A stretch of 64,000 nucleotides of DNA from Pedobacter sp. (GCA_050253415.1 JBFWJC010000002.1:704725-768724), one strand, 5' to 3'; shown: positions 25,936-36,190, numbered from the stretch's first letter. The notes: generated by a model not told the origin, from the sequence alone. Numbers and translations are program-made.

Positions 25936-27082
25936 GGCTCTGGAGGATGTCTTCGTCTTGTCCCGCCTGGTCTTTATCCTTGTCAAAATCATCCCAGCTG
26001 AGGTCGGAGGCCGAGGAGATGCCGGATGCCTTGAGTTTGAAGTCGTCCGGGTTGGAACTCTGCCGCACGGCTTCTTCAAAGGTAATCAGTTCCTTGCGGT
26101 ACAGCCCCATCAGGGACTGGTCGAAGGTCTGCATGCCATAGGCAACAAAGCCTTGCTGGATCGTATCGCGCAACAGTTTGGTTTTTTCCTTGTCATCGAT
26201 CAGGTCGCGGGTGCGGGCGGTGGAGATCATGACTTCCACCGCCGGTACGCGGCCCTTGCCATCGGCACGCGGGACCAGACGCTGGGAAATGACCGCCTTG
26301 AGGATACCCGACAGCTGGGAGCGGATTTGACGGTGCTGATGGGGCGGAAACACCGAGACGATGCGGTTGATCGATTCCGGTGCATCGATGGTATGGAGCG
26401 TCGCCAATACCAGGTGGCCGGTTTCGGCGGCATGCAAGGCGGTTTCAACCGTTTCCACGTCGCGCATCTCGCCAACCAGGATGACGTCCGGATCCTGACG
26501 CAGGGCATGCTTGAGCGCTGCCGAAAAGCTGTCGGTGTCGCTGCCGACTTCGCGCTGGTTGACGATGCACTTTTTATCTCGATGCAAAAACTCGATGGGG
26601 TCTTCGACGGTGATAATGTGTTCGGTGCGCCGGGTGTTGATAAAGTCGATCATGGCCGCCAGTGTGGTCGACTTTCCCGAACCGGTGGCCCCGGTTACCA
26701 GCACCAGACCGCGCGATTCCATGGAGATCTTTTTGATGACCTCCGGCAGATACAGATCGTCAAGAGCCGGACAGGTGAACGGGATGACGCGGAACACCAT
26801 GCTGATGCTGCCGCGCTGGGAGAAGATGTTGACGCGAAATCTCCCCAGTCCGGCGACCCCGTAAGCCATGTCGACTTCGTGATGTTTTTCGAAGTGCTCC
26901 TGCCGGTGATTGTTCATGATGCCGTAGGCCATCTTGTGGACGCCTTCGGCATCGAGGCGCTCGGCCTTCGGCAGCGGCCGCAGGGCGCCATCGATACGGT
27001 AGATGGGCGGCAGCCCGGACTTGATATGAATATCCGAGGCGTTGGCTTTAAGGGCGACGGCCAGAATATTGTTCAAATCCAT
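25919..27082 (-). CDS. pilT: PilT/PilU-family retraction ATPase
   Basis: ASDIH, GATGSGKSTT, EDPIE, LRQDPD, AETGHLV..TLH and GMQTFDQ motifs. Confidence 0.92.
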   Translation of the reverse strand: MDLNNILAVALKANASDIHIKSGLPPIYRIDGALRPLPKAERLDAEGVHKMAYGIMNNHRQEHFEKHHEVDMAYGVAGLGRFRVNIFSQRGSISMVFRVIPFTCPALDDLYLPEVIKKISMESRGLVLVTGATGSGKSTTLAAMIDFINTRRTEHIITVEDPIEFLHRDKKCIVNQREVGSDTDSFSAALKHALRQDPDVILVGEMRDVETVETALHAAETGHLVLATLHTIDAPESINRIVSVFPPHQHRQIRSQLSGILKAVISQRLVPRADGKGRVPAVEVMISTARTRDLIDDKEKTKLLRDTIQQGFVAYGMQTFDQSLMGLYRKELITFEEAVRQSSNPDDFKLKASGISSASDLSWDDFDKDKDQAGQDEDILQSHGNQS

Positions 27083-27086
27083 ATCG

Positions 27087-28109
27087 CTATACCTCTTCGG
27101 CGGCCGCGGCAGCCGGATTCAGGCCGAAATGTTCCAGCAGACGATCTTCGATGGCCTGGCAGGTTTCCGGATGTTCGCGCAGGAACTGCTTGGCGTTTTC
27201 ACGGCCCTGACCGATGCGTTCGCCGGAAAAGGAGTACCAGGCGCCGCTCTTCTCAACGATTTCGGCTTCGGCACCGAGATCGAGAACATCTCCTTCACGG
27301 GAAATGCCCTGGCCGTACATGATGTCGAACTCCGCTTCCTTGAAAGGGGGTGCGACCTTGTTCTTGACTACTTTGACACGGGTGCGGCTGCCGATAACGT
27401 CCTGCCCCTGCTTAAGGGTGGCAATTTTGCGAATGTCCATGCGCACCGAGGAGTAGAATTTGAGGGCGTTGCCGCCGGTGGTGGTTTCGGGGTTGCCGAA
27501 CATGACGCCGATTTTCATGCGGATCTGGTTGATGAAGATCACGCAGCAGTTGGATTTGCTGATGGTGCCGGTCAGCTTACGCAGGGCCTGGGACATCAGG
27601 CGCGCCTGCAGGCCGACGTGGGCATCGCCCATCTCGCCTTCGATCTCGGCGCGCGGTACCAGCGCGGCTACGGAGTCGACAACCAGTACGTCGATGGCGC
27701 CGCTGCGAACCAGCACCTCGGTGATCTCAAGGGCCTGTTCACCGGTATCCGGCTGGGAAACCAGCAGGTCGTCGGTACGGACGCCGAGTTTGCGGGCATA
27801 GTGGATGTCAAGAGCGTGCTCGGCATCGACGAACGCGGCGATACCACCTTTTTTCTGTGCCTCGGCAACGATATGTAGGGCCAGGGTGGTTTTGCCTGAG
27901 GATTCCGGGCCGTAGATTTCAATGACGCGACCGCGCGGGATGCCGCCTACCCCAAGGGCGATGTCCAAACTCAGGGCTCCGGTAGGGATGGTGGCGATAT
28001 CCGGCACGACGGCGTTTTCGCCAAGACGCATGATGCTGCCTTTGCCGAACTGTTTTTCGATCTGACCCATGGCCAGGTCGATGGCGCGTTCACGATTGTC
28101 GGTGCTCAT
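27087..28109 (-). CDS. recA: Recombinase A
   Basis: [15 protein letters not shown] and GGNALKFY motifs. Confidence 0.99.
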   Translation of the reverse strand: MSTDNRERAIDLAMGQIEKQFGKGSIMRLGENAVVPDIATIPTGALSLDIALGVGGIPRGRVIEIYGPESSGKTTLALHIVAEAQKKGGIAAFVDAEHALDIHYARKLGVRTDDLLVSQPDTGEQALEITEVLVRSGAIDVLVVDSVAALVPRAEIEGEMGDAHVGLQARLMSQALRKLTGTISKSNCCVIFINQIRMKIGVMFGNPETTTGGNALKFYSSVRMDIRKIATLKQGQDVIGSRTRVKVVKNKVAPPFKEAEFDIMYGQGISREGDVLDLGAEAEIVEKSGAWYSFSGERIGQGRENAKQFLREHPETCQAIEDRLLEHFGLNPAAAAAEEV

Positions 28110-28148
28110 AATCCGGATATCCTCCAGGGAAATGTGTGGGCAATGTTT

Positions 28149-28727
28149 TCATGGATGCCAACCGGTGGTTCCGGTAAGCATCGTTTCGTTGCGTGGCAGG
28201 TGTCTGGCACCCTGCGATGTCAACTGGCTTTCATACAGCACCAGTCGGAATATATTGAGCCGGCCGCACTGTCTGTGCATGAATGGGGCCAGTCTTTGGT
28301 CGATGTGCGGAACCGGTTGCCGGCACCGCCCCAGAGTCAGATGGGGTTTAAAGGGTTTGTCATCCCAGGGCACCTGCAATTTTAATAACATATTGGCCAC
28401 TGCCGCTTGTAAATCCAACAGTGGTTGCCCGCCTTCCAGGCCCAGCCAGACAACCCTGGGGCGTTTCATGGATGGAAAGGCCCCAAGCCCGCCGATCATT
28501 ACATCGACGGGAGCAAAAATATCTCCTATCGATAGCATAGACCTACCGATTTTTTCAAGCGATTCTTCGGAGATATCGCCCAGGAAAGCCAATGTGAGGT
28601 GCATGGTTTGCGGTTGCACCCAGCGTATGGACGGCAGAACGGCGGCCAGTTCTCGCTGCAGGAGCACGATTTTGTCGTACACGGGCCCTTCCAAAGGGGC
28701 GGCGATAAAGGCTCGAACCGTCTTCAT
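28149..28727 (-). CDS. thpR: RNA 2',3'-cyclic phosphodiesterase (2H family)
   Basis: Two HxT motifs (MHLTLAFLG, PHLTLGR). Located between cinA and recA. Confidence 0.92.
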   Translation of the reverse strand: MKTVRAFIAAPLEGPVYDKIVLLQRELAAVLPSIRWVQPQTMHLTLAFLGDISEESLEKIGRSMLSIGDIFAPVDVMIGGLGAFPSMKRPRVVWLGLEGGQPLLDLQAAVANMLLKLQVPWDDKPFKPHLTLGRCRQPVPHIDQRLAPFMHRQCGRLNIFRLVLYESQLTSQGARHLPRNETMLTGTTGWHP

Positions 28728-28739
28728 GTCGGCGATCTC

Positions 28740-29978
28740 CTAGTCGCAATTGCTCAGGTAACGACGCAGCCATTCGAGAGCCATGCAGGCAGAAATGCGC
28801 CGGATCTGCTCGCGCTCACCGGTAAAACGGTAGCCCTGTACCCGTTCTTCGTCCGGTGCGCTCAGGGCCAGAAATACCGTGCCGACCGGTTTGTCCGGGG
28901 TGCCGCCGTCCGGTCCGGCAATGCCGGTGACAGCCAGGCCCAGATGGGTGCCGGCGGCCCGCCGGATGCCCTGCGCCATGGCCTGTGCGCAGGCCTTGCT
29001 GACAGCGCCTTCGGTGTCCAGGATGTCTTCGGGGACCTGCAGCCAGTCCCGCTTGGCAGCGTTGGCATAGGTTACGGCGCCTCTGTCCAGAAACCGCGAC
29101 GCGCCGGGAATATCGGTCAACATCTGCGCAACCATGCCGCCGGTGCACGATTCTGCCAGAGACAGCGTGAGTCCGGCGTCGGTCAGCAGGCGTGCGACAT
29201 TACCGGCCAGGGTTTCCTGGCCGATGGCAAACACAAACGGTTGCAGTTGCCTGCGGGCATGCAGTTCCGCCCGGTTAAGCAGTTCATCAGCGTTGTCGCC
29301 GCTGGCGCGCAGTTTGACATGCACAAACGGGTACTCGACGCCGAAAGCCAGATGTACGCCCTGTGGCAGGGGCGACTGCGCGAACCGCTCCTCGACTTTC
29401 GGCTCGGACAGGCCGAAAATCTTGAGGATACGTTCCTGTAATGGTGCATTGCCGCCGCTGCGTTCGTGCAGGCGCGGCAGTACCTGCTCTTCGAGCATGG
29501 CAACCATTTCCCGGGGTACGCCAGGCAAGAAGTACATATCGCACTGGCCGTGGCGTAGATGAAAGCCGGGCGCTGTGCCGAGACGATTGGGAAGGATTAT
29601 GGCCTTTTGCGGCAGCAGGGCCTGTTTTTCGTTGCGAGGATGCATCTCTTTATCTCTCTCAGCGAAAAAACGGCGGATCTGCGCAAGAGCTTCGTCGTTG
29701 AGGACCAGTCTTCGCCCGAAAGTGCGCGCCGCCACCCGCGCGGTAAGATCGTCGTCGGTGGGGCCGAGGCCGCCAGTACTGATAATGACCTCGCGTTTGG
29801 CGGACATATCGCTCAAAGCGGTTTCGATGTCAGCCTCGTCGTCACCGATGGCCCGCGACTCCTTGATGGCATAGCCCTGGGCGCCGAGAAGCAAGGCGAT
29901 GCGGGCGGTATTGGTGTCGGACATTTCCCCGTTGATCAATTCATCGCCGGTGGTCAGGACCGCAATATTGAGACTCAT
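28740..29978 (-). CDS. cinA: Competence/damage-inducible protein CinA (NMN deamidase fusion)
   Basis: GDEL, TGGLGPTDDDLT, AESCTGG and TGIAGPDGG motifs. Confidence 0.95.
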   Translation of the reverse strand: MSLNIAVLTTGDELINGEMSDTNTARIALLLGAQGYAIKESRAIGDDEADIETALSDMSAKREVIISTGGLGPTDDDLTARVAARTFGRRLVLNDEALAQIRRFFAERDKEMHPRNEKQALLPQKAIILPNRLGTAPGFHLRHGQCDMYFLPGVPREMVAMLEEQVLPRLHERSGGNAPLQERILKIFGLSEPKVEERFAQSPLPQGVHLAFGVEYPFVHVKLRASGDNADELLNRAELHARRQLQPFVFAIGQETLAGNVARLLTDAGLTLSLAESCTGGMVAQMLTDIPGASRFLDRGAVTYANAAKRDWLQVPEDILDTEGAVSKACAQAMAQGIRRAAGTHLGLAVTGIAGPDGGTPDKPVGTVFLALSAPDEERVQGYRFTGEREQIRRISACMALEWLRRYLSNCD

Positions 29979-30053
29979 GTTTGTTTCTCCTGAAGCGGGA
30001 GGCTTGTAACCTGGAACATGTCGGGCTTATGCGTATAATCCTTAGCCTGTTAT

Positions 30054-30506
30054 CTATCCCAACCAGTAAAGCGTCAGGCGTAAAGCGATGGCGCCGTAAA
30101 AGCCTGCGACGACATCATCCAGCACCACTCCGAAGCCGTTTTTTAAATGGCGATCGAGCTGGCGTGCCGGTGGCAGTTTGAAAATATCGAACAGACGGAA
30201 AAAGATAAAGCCGAGCAAGGCCGACTTCCAGGAAAAAGGCAGCAGGGCCACGGTAACGAGGTAGCCAACCAACTCATCGATGACGATACGTCCGTCATCC
30301 GCCTGGCCGTAGATCATCCCCGCTCCATCGCAAATCCAGAAGGACAAAAACAACAGGGCCGTCCATGTGGCCAGGTACAGCTCTGCGGGCAGGGAGGCCA
30401 TCAGGTAGAAAACCGGGATGCCGGCCAGGGTTCCGAAGGTGCCGGGGGCTACCGGGGCATAGCCGAGTCCGGCATTGCTGGAAATAAAGAGGATAAAACG
30501 GCGCAT
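30054..30506 (-). CDS. pgpA: Phosphatidylglycerophosphatase A
   Basis: APGTFGT, IVIDE, FRLFDIFK and GVVLDDVVAG motifs. Start refined to ATG 30506. Confidence 0.94.
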   Translation of the reverse strand: MRRFILFISSNAGLGYAPVAPGTFGTLAGIPVFYLMASLPAELYLATWTALLFLSFWICDGAGMIYGQADDGRIVIDELVGYLVTVALLPFSWKSALLGFIFFRLFDIFKLPPARQLDRHLKNGFGVVLDDVVAGFYGAIALRLTLYWLG

Positions 30507-30510
30507 GAAC

Positions 30511-31695
30511 TCAATCCTTCTCGCGGAAAACGTCGCTGGCGGCCTGCTGTGCCAGACGATAAATTTCGGGCAGCGGCAGGCCGCTGCTGTTTGCCAGATT
30601 TCGACAGCTTTCAAATTCGGGGGCCAGCCGCAACAGGTGCTGTCCCTCATAAAATAGTTTGATCTGTACTTCGCCCAAGGGCATCTGCAGGTTTTTGACC
30701 TGTCGGCGCAGTTTGAAACGATTGCTATCCTGGGAGCGAACGCCGCTGGCGGTGCTGTCACGCAAAATACGGCGAGCCAGGGCGACAGCCTTGTCCGGCG
30801 GAGCAAGCACTGTAAGGTGTACGCCGGGACGGTTTTTTTTCATCTGCAGGGGGGCGAAGGTCACATCAAGGGCTCCCTCATCCATCAGTCGATCCATCAG
30901 GGCGCCAAGCCACTCCGGGTTGGCATCGTCCAGGTGGCACTCCAGGCAGGTGACGCGGTCCGTTTCTCCTTCCCAGACATCATCCACGGTGCCCAGCAGG
31001 CCGCGCAGCAGGTTGGGCCGATCGTTCAGGTCCCGGTCGCCGGCGCCGTAGCCTATATGCTGCAGGGTCATGGCCGGCAGGCTGCCGAATTCAGCAATTT
31101 CGGCGGCAATGGCGGCGCCGGTCGGGGTGACCAGTTCCACCTCGGTCGGGTCGCCAACGGTGGGTAAGCCCCGCAATATTTCCAAAGTGGCCGGCGCCGG
31201 CAGCGGAAAACTGCCGTGAGCACAGCGCACTGTGCCGCGGGTCAGGGGCAGGGGGGCACAGATGATGCGGTCGGGGGCCAGAAGGTCGAGTCCGATGGCG
31301 GCGCCGACAATGTCGACGATGGAGTCGATGGCGCCGACCTCGTGAAAATGTACCTGGTCCAGCGCGCGGCCATGGATTTTCGCTTCGGCTTCACCGATGC
31401 GTCGAAAGATTCGGCGCGCCAGATCGGCAACTGCTGGCTTCAAGGCGCTTTCGGCCAGCATTCCGTCGATGTCCCGCCAAGTGCGATGGTGATGCTGCTC
31501 TGCGTGTTCAACAATAATCTTGCTTGCGGCTATGTGTTGGCGTTGGGTGCGTTGCTGCTGCAGGCGGTAGCCTGCTACCGGTAACTTGGATAGTTCGTTC
31601 TGGATGGTTTCCAGCGGAACGCCCAGATCGACCAGCAAACCGAGGAACATATCGCCGGAAATGCCTGCAAAGGTATCCAGAAACAAAAGGGTCAT
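30511..31695 (-). CDS. larC: Nickel-pincer cofactor nickel insertase
   Basis: GISGDM, HFHEVGAIDSIVD, ELVTPTGAA and MKKNRPG motifs. Confidence 0.94.
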   Translation of the reverse strand: MTLLFLDTFAGISGDMFLGLLVDLGVPLETIQNELSKLPVAGYRLQQQRTQRQHIAASKIIVEHAEQHHHRTWRDIDGMLAESALKPAVADLARRIFRRIGEAEAKIHGRALDQVHFHEVGAIDSIVDIVGAAIGLDLLAPDRIICAPLPLTRGTVRCAHGSFPLPAPATLEILRGLPTVGDPTEVELVTPTGAAIAAEIAEFGSLPAMTLQHIGYGAGDRDLNDRPNLLRGLLGTVDDVWEGETDRVTCLECHLDDANPEWLGALMDRLMDEGALDVTFAPLQMKKNRPGVHLTVLAPPDKAVALARRILRDSTASGVRSQDSNRFKLRRQVKNLQMPLGEVQIKLFYEGQHLLRLAPEFESCRNLANSSGLPLPEIYRLAQQAASDVFREKD

Positions 31696-32450
31696 GGCTG
31701 CTCCTGTCGGTTGATGCGGGATGCGGCGCAGGCTGCGCCGAAACCATTGTCGATATTGACCACCGTCACACCGCTGGCGCAGGAGTTGAGCATGCCTAGC
31801 AGCGCTGCCACGCCGCCGAAACTGGCGCCGTAACCGATTGAGGTCGGCACGGCGATAACCGGTGCCGCAACCAGACCACCGATCACCGAGGGCAGCGCGC
31901 CTTCCATGCCGGCCACGGCAATCACCACCGATGCTCGCCGTAATTGGTCGAGGTGCGCAAGCAGGCGGTGTAGCCCCGCTACGCCGACATCGACCAATTC
32001 TTCGACGTTATTGCCGAGCATGCGTGTCACTGTGGCCGCTTCGCGCGCAACGGGTAAATCCGAGGTGCCGGCGCAGACCACCAGAATGGTTCCGCGGCCG
32101 GTTGCCGCAATCGGGTGCCGAACAATGGCGAGGGTGCGGCCCAGAGGGTCGAATTCCGCTTCGGGCCATCGCTCTGTCAGGGTGGTGGCTTTATCGGCAG
32201 TAAGGCGGGTCACCAGCACATTGTTGCCGCCGTTGAGAAGTCCCTCGGTAATGCGCAATATCTGTCCGGGTGTTTTCCCTTCGCCGAAAATGACCTCTGC
32301 ACTGCCCTGGCGCAAGCCGCGATGATGATCGATCAAGGCATCTCCGACATCCTCGAAGGGCAGGGTAGCCAGTCTGGTCAGGCCGTCCTCTACGGACACT
32401 TCCCCATGACGGATGGCATTCAGAAGTTTTTGCAGTTGTTTGGGATGCAT
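31692..32450 (-). CDS. larB: Nickel-pincer cofactor biosynthesis carboxylase/hydrolase
   Basis: AGTSDLPVA, DVGVAGLHRL, AGMEGAL and NIDNGFGA motifs. Start refined to ATG 32450. Confidence 0.94.
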   Translation of the reverse strand: MHPKQLQKLLNAIRHGEVSVEDGLTRLATLPFEDVGDALIDHHRGLRQGSAEVIFGEGKTPGQILRITEGLLNGGNNVLVTRLTADKATTLTERWPEAEFDPLGRTLAIVRHPIAATGRGTILVVCAGTSDLPVAREAATVTRMLGNNVEELVDVGVAGLHRLLAHLDQLRRASVVIAVAGMEGALPSVIGGLVAAPVIAVPTSIGYGASFGGVAALLGMLNSCASGVTVVNIDNGFGAACAASRINRQEQP

Positions 32451-32587
32451 GATGGTCCTCGCGCGGGATGAAGACCCAAAAGATAGCAATTCGGGCAGCA
32501 AATTCAAAGGGTAAAAGTAGCTGGTGTCTATCCGGTAGCTCAGGATGGAAACAAGTTTCGGGGCTTCAGGTGGAGCAAGCGTATTTT

Positions 32588-33682
32588 TTAGAACAGGGCG
32601 TCGATGGTGTCGAAGTCGATGGCGGTTTCGGCCAGCTTTTGCAGCAGGCTGATTTTTTCCTTGTCCTCTGGGTGGATTTTGGCCGTATCGTTGGCGATGG
32701 TTGAAAACACCTCAGCGCTGCTGAGTTTTTCCACGCGCATGTAGGGGATGTTGCTGCGGTCGAGGATCTGTTGAGTGACTTCGGATGTGGGATACAGCCC
32801 GGGGATAGCCAGGGCCACGATTTTAGAGCGGTATTCCGGAATATTGTACAACGACGCCAGGGTGACCAGTAATTCATTGCGCGTACTGGTGACGATGATC
32901 AGGGTCGAATCTTCCAACAAGTCGGCAACGCGTTGGGTGGAGGCTGCGCCAAGGTGAACGTGGTGAATGATGTGATGCTCTGCATCCATGTCGCCCTTGA
33001 GAGAGGAGTTGAGCAGATGGGCAATGTGTTTGACGGTCGGGTTGGCGAGAATCGGCGAATAGTTGAATCCCCCTATGACCTGGAACGGCATATTGGCAAA
33101 GGCAATGCCGAGATATTTCAGGGTAGTATCGCGTTTGTGCGGGAGTAGTTTATTCACCAGTACCAAGCGCAGATCGGCATGTTTTTGCTGGCACAGAGCA
33201 TAATTCAGGTACACGTTGTCGATCACCCGGCCAATGCCGGCGTCGCTTACCATCAGCATGGGGGCATCGAGCAGGTGGGCCACGTCCGGATTACTGAGGC
33301 TGGCGACGGAGCCGACCCCCAGGTGCCCTGCGCCTTCAATGACCAGGAAGTCGCACCGCCTGGAGAGTTGTTCTGCGGCCGCCGTGATGCGGTTTGTCAG
33401 GGCCTCCGCCGTGATTTTCCCATCGAGTAGCTGGCGGGTTGATTCGGCTTGCAGCACCACCGGCGACATGAAGTCGAGGTCGTCCTCCAGGTCGAATATC
33501 TCCGCAATCAGTGCAGCATCCAGGTCGACCAGGCGCCCTTTGTAAATAGTCGGCTTGGGCCCCAACGGCTTCATGAACCCGACCCGTTTGTACTTTTTTC
33601 GCGCCATGTGCAGCAAAGAGATGCTGGTGGTGGTCTTGCCACATTCCTGTCCGGTTGCGGCAACAAAAATCTTTTTGGTCAC
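32588..33682 (-). CDS. BioD-like P-loop + DRTGG domain protein (Pta N-terminal-like, stand-alone)
   Basis: IFVAATGQECGKT, GFMKP and LVIEGAG motifs with a degenerate DRTGG-like C-terminal half. Start at GTG 33682 is uncertain. Confidence 0.8.
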   Translation of the reverse strand: MTKKIFVAATGQECGKTTTSISLLHMARKKYKRVGFMKPLGPKPTIYKGRLVDLDAALIAEIFDLEDDLDFMSPVVLQAESTRQLLDGKITAEALTNRITAAAEQLSRRCDFLVIEGAGHLGVGSVASLSNPDVAHLLDAPMLMVSDAGIGRVIDNVYLNYALCQQKHADLRLVLVNKLLPHKRDTTLKYLGIAFANMPFQVIGGFNYSPILANPTVKHIAHLLNSSLKGDMDAEHHIIHHVHLGAASTQRVADLLEDSTLIIVTSTRNELLVTLASLYNIPEYRSKIVALAIPGLYPTSEVTQQILDRSNIPYMRVEKLSSAEVFSTIANDTAKIHPEDKEKISLLQKLAETAIDFDTIDALF

Positions 33683-33862
33683 GGCCCATTCCTTCAAAAG
33701 GGAAGAACGCACATAAAACCCGATGCTGAATCTGCCTGGCCATTATAGGACACGATCTCCGTGCTTTCAAAAACTAAAAAGCGATTTCGGTATTTTATCC
33801 GGAAATTTAATGGATTCATTTGTATACGATGACTTTGTACCATGAAGCGTTCGGTAAACAGG

Positions 33863-33906
33863 TTGACAGCGCCTGATTTGTTTCGTTATATTCCATTGGA
33901 ATAGCG
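33863..33906 (+). promoter_or_regulatory. Sigma70-like promoter overlapped by a ModE-like palindrome, upstream of the TonB-dependent receptor
   Basis: TTGACA (33863) -18 nt- TATATT (33887). CGTTATATT-CCATT-GGAATAGCG at 33884-33906. Confidence 0.62.
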
Positions 33907-34008
33907 TTTTGATTAAAAATATGTTACTTGGAGGGTGATTAGCCGTGTCGTGCGACAGCGGCTTTTATTGGATAGATCTTATCTCATGAGGATGGAGGAG
34001 AGCAGGAA

Positions 34009-35934
34009 ATGATGAGGAAGAAAGTTCAGTTGATCACACTTTTGGCTTGCGCCCTGGTCTTTGGCGGTGTGGCTAATCTGTGTGCGGCGACCGCCGACGA
34101 CGGTGTGTATCATCTTGGTGAAGTGGTGGTGTCCAGTGAGTCTTCGATCGTTGAATCAGTTGGGGTGACCCATAAAGTTTCGGCAGAAGAGATCGAGAAG
34201 CGCGGTGTTCGCTCCCTTGACGAAGCATTGAACCTGTTGCCCGGTGTGCAGGTAAGGGTCGGTGGGGATGGTGCTCCGCGACTCCAGATGCGCGGTTTCC
34301 GTACCCGGCACATCAAACTGCTGCTCAACGGTACCCCCTTCAATAGTACTTATGACGGTCAGTTCGATCCGGCAACAATTTCTGTGGAAAACATTGCCGA
34401 AATCGTTGTTACCACCGGTGCTACCTCTTCCCTCTATGGATCCGGCGGTAATGCCGGGGTCATCAATATTATCACCAAGAAGGGCACCAAAGGAGCTCAC
34501 GGCTCCGTTGGCGTCGAACTGGGCTCCTGGGATACGAGTTTGCTGCGCGGCACCGCCTCCTACGGCGCTGATAAGTACGATGTTTTGGTCAGTGGCAGCC
34601 TTTATGATCAGGATAGCTATGAGCTTTCTGATCATTTCTCGCCGACCAAATACGAGGATGGCGACGAGCGCGAAAACAGTGATCGCCAGCGCGACAACCT
34701 GTTTGTTAATGTCGGGGTTACCCCGACGGACGACACCATGATCGGGGCGACGTTTACCTATCTTGCAGGGGATCGCGGCAAGCCGGCGACCACCATTCTT
34801 GATGATTTTACCAGCAAGAAACAGAAGTTCGAACGGGAGGATGATTTGGAGGAGTTCAACGCCCAGTTGGCGTTGAACCATAACTTCAGCGGACCTGTCA
34901 GTCTCAAGGGGTGGGCCTTTTTTAACTCTCTGGACATGGTCGAGACCGAATACAAGGATAATACCTATAGTTCAATTAAGTCTCAGCTCGATTCGAGTAC
35001 CGAGATTTCCGGTGCCAATCTTCAACTGGCCTACGATCTGCAGAAATACGGCAATGCCACCCTTGGTCTGATGATGGAAAATGACGATTGGGAGGCGGAA
35101 GACACTCTCTCTGGCGACACGGAAGATAAGGATTTTCAGCTCTACTCTGTAAATTTTGAATATGAAGTCAAGCCTCTTAACGATATGGGTGCTGTGCTTG
35201 GTCTTGGCTATCATTGGCAGGATCGCAGTGAAAAGGACGAAGAGGACTATTCCTATCTTATCGGTCTTTATTACGATCTCTTTGACGGCACCCGCTTGAA
35301 AGCTTCCCATGCCCGCAAGATTCGCTTCCCCACCCTGCGCGACCTTTATTCCAGCGATGGTAATGAGGATCTCGGTTGCGAGGTGACCTGGCATTCTGAG
35401 GTCGGTATTGAGCAGGCCCTGCCGGCAGCAACCACGTTGTCGTTAACCGGTTTCTATATCGATGTTGAAGATTACATTGCCAAGGATGGATCACAACGTC
35501 AGAATTTTGAAGAATACGAGTTTAAAGGCATTGAAGTGCTGGTTGAAAACCGCTATTTCGCCAAGCTTTTGCTGCGGGCGGGGTATACCTATCTTGATAC
35601 CGAGGACAAGTCTTCCGACCTTGTCGATGAAGTAAACAATAATCCCAAGCACAAGGCAACGCTCGAGGCGACTTACCAATTGCCATGGCGCATGTCCATC
35701 TATGGCAGTGCTATGTATGTGGCCGAATCCTATACTTATAGCAGCGACAATACTGTGCAGAAGCGCCTTCCCGAGTATGTGGTCTGCGATGTCCGCATTA
35801 ACAAGAGTGCTGCCAATGGTGCCCTTGACCTTTATTTTGGTATCAATAATATGTTCGATGCCGACTACGCACCGACCTACGGCCTGCCTCAGCCTGGTCG
35901 TTACATGTATGGCGGGGTGACCTGGAAGTTCTAA
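34009..35934 (+). CDS. TonB-dependent outer-membrane receptor
   Basis: Signal peptide, TonB box (LGEVVVS), plug motifs (LNLLPGV, MRG, IAEIVV...LYGSGGNAGVINIITKK) and C-terminal NMFD...GRYMYGGVTWKF. Confidence 0.95.
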   Translation: MMRKKVQLITLLACALVFGGVANLCAATADDGVYHLGEVVVSSESSIVESVGVTHKVSAEEIEKRGVRSLDEALNLLPGVQVRVGGDGAPRLQMRGFRTRHIKLLLNGTPFNSTYDGQFDPATISVENIAEIVVTTGATSSLYGSGGNAGVINIITKKGTKGAHGSVGVELGSWDTSLLRGTASYGADKYDVLVSGSLYDQDSYELSDHFSPTKYEDGDERENSDRQRDNLFVNVGVTPTDDTMIGATFTYLAGDRGKPATTILDDFTSKKQKFEREDDLEEFNAQLALNHNFSGPVSLKGWAFFNSLDMVETEYKDNTYSSIKSQLDSSTEISGANLQLAYDLQKYGNATLGLMMENDDWEAEDTLSGDTEDKDFQLYSVNFEYEVKPLNDMGAVLGLGYHWQDRSEKDEEDYSYLIGLYYDLFDGTRLKASHARKIRFPTLRDLYSSDGNEDLGCEVTWHSEVGIEQALPAATTLSLTGFYIDVEDYIAKDGSQRQNFEEYEFKGIEVLVENRYFAKLLLRAGYTYLDTEDKSSDLVDEVNNNPKHKATLEATYQLPWRMSIYGSAMYVAESYTYSSDNTVQKRLPEYVVCDVRINKSAANGALDLYFGINNMFDADYAPTYGLPQPGRYMYGGVTWKF

Positions 35935-35965
35935 AACAGGCACGAATCGGTTATGCCATTAAAAT

Positions 35966-36004
35966 AAGCGGGCCGGATTCCGAAACGGGATCCGGCCGCT
36001 TTTT
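35966..36004 (+). terminator. Intrinsic terminator after the TonB-dependent receptor
   Basis: GCGGGCCGGATTCC-GAAAC-GGGATCCGGCCGC-TTTTT. Confidence 0.8.
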
Positions 36005-36060
36005 ATTCTCATTTCCACCCGTTTGTGCATCCCTGAAACTATCCATAATCGGGTAAATGT

Positions 36061-36104
36061 TTGACTTGGTCATTGTTTTTCGCTATATTCCGCCATTAAT
36101 AACG
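36061..36104 (+). promoter_or_regulatory. Sigma70-like promoter overlapped by a ModE-like palindrome, upstream of the ECF operon
   Basis: TTGACT -17 nt- TATATT. CGCTATATT-N6-TTAATAACG at 36081-36104. Confidence 0.68.
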
Positions 36105-36190
36105 CATTGAAAAATTCTCCTTCGGGGGAGATGCTTTTATGAATTCTTTGGGAAAAACCGCCTTAGATCCGGCAGTCTGGATAGAAGTGG

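Noticed and set aside
25829..27322. Long antisense ORFs (for example 25829-27322, 8099-9568, 4161-5459, 13527-14729, 62621-63943)
   Set aside because: These are shadow frames of well-identified high-GC genes on the opposite strand.
33906..34008. Cobalamin or Moco riboswitch in the TonB receptor leader
   Set aside because: The leader is only ~100 nt and has no B12-box or Moco-motif core that I can recognise.
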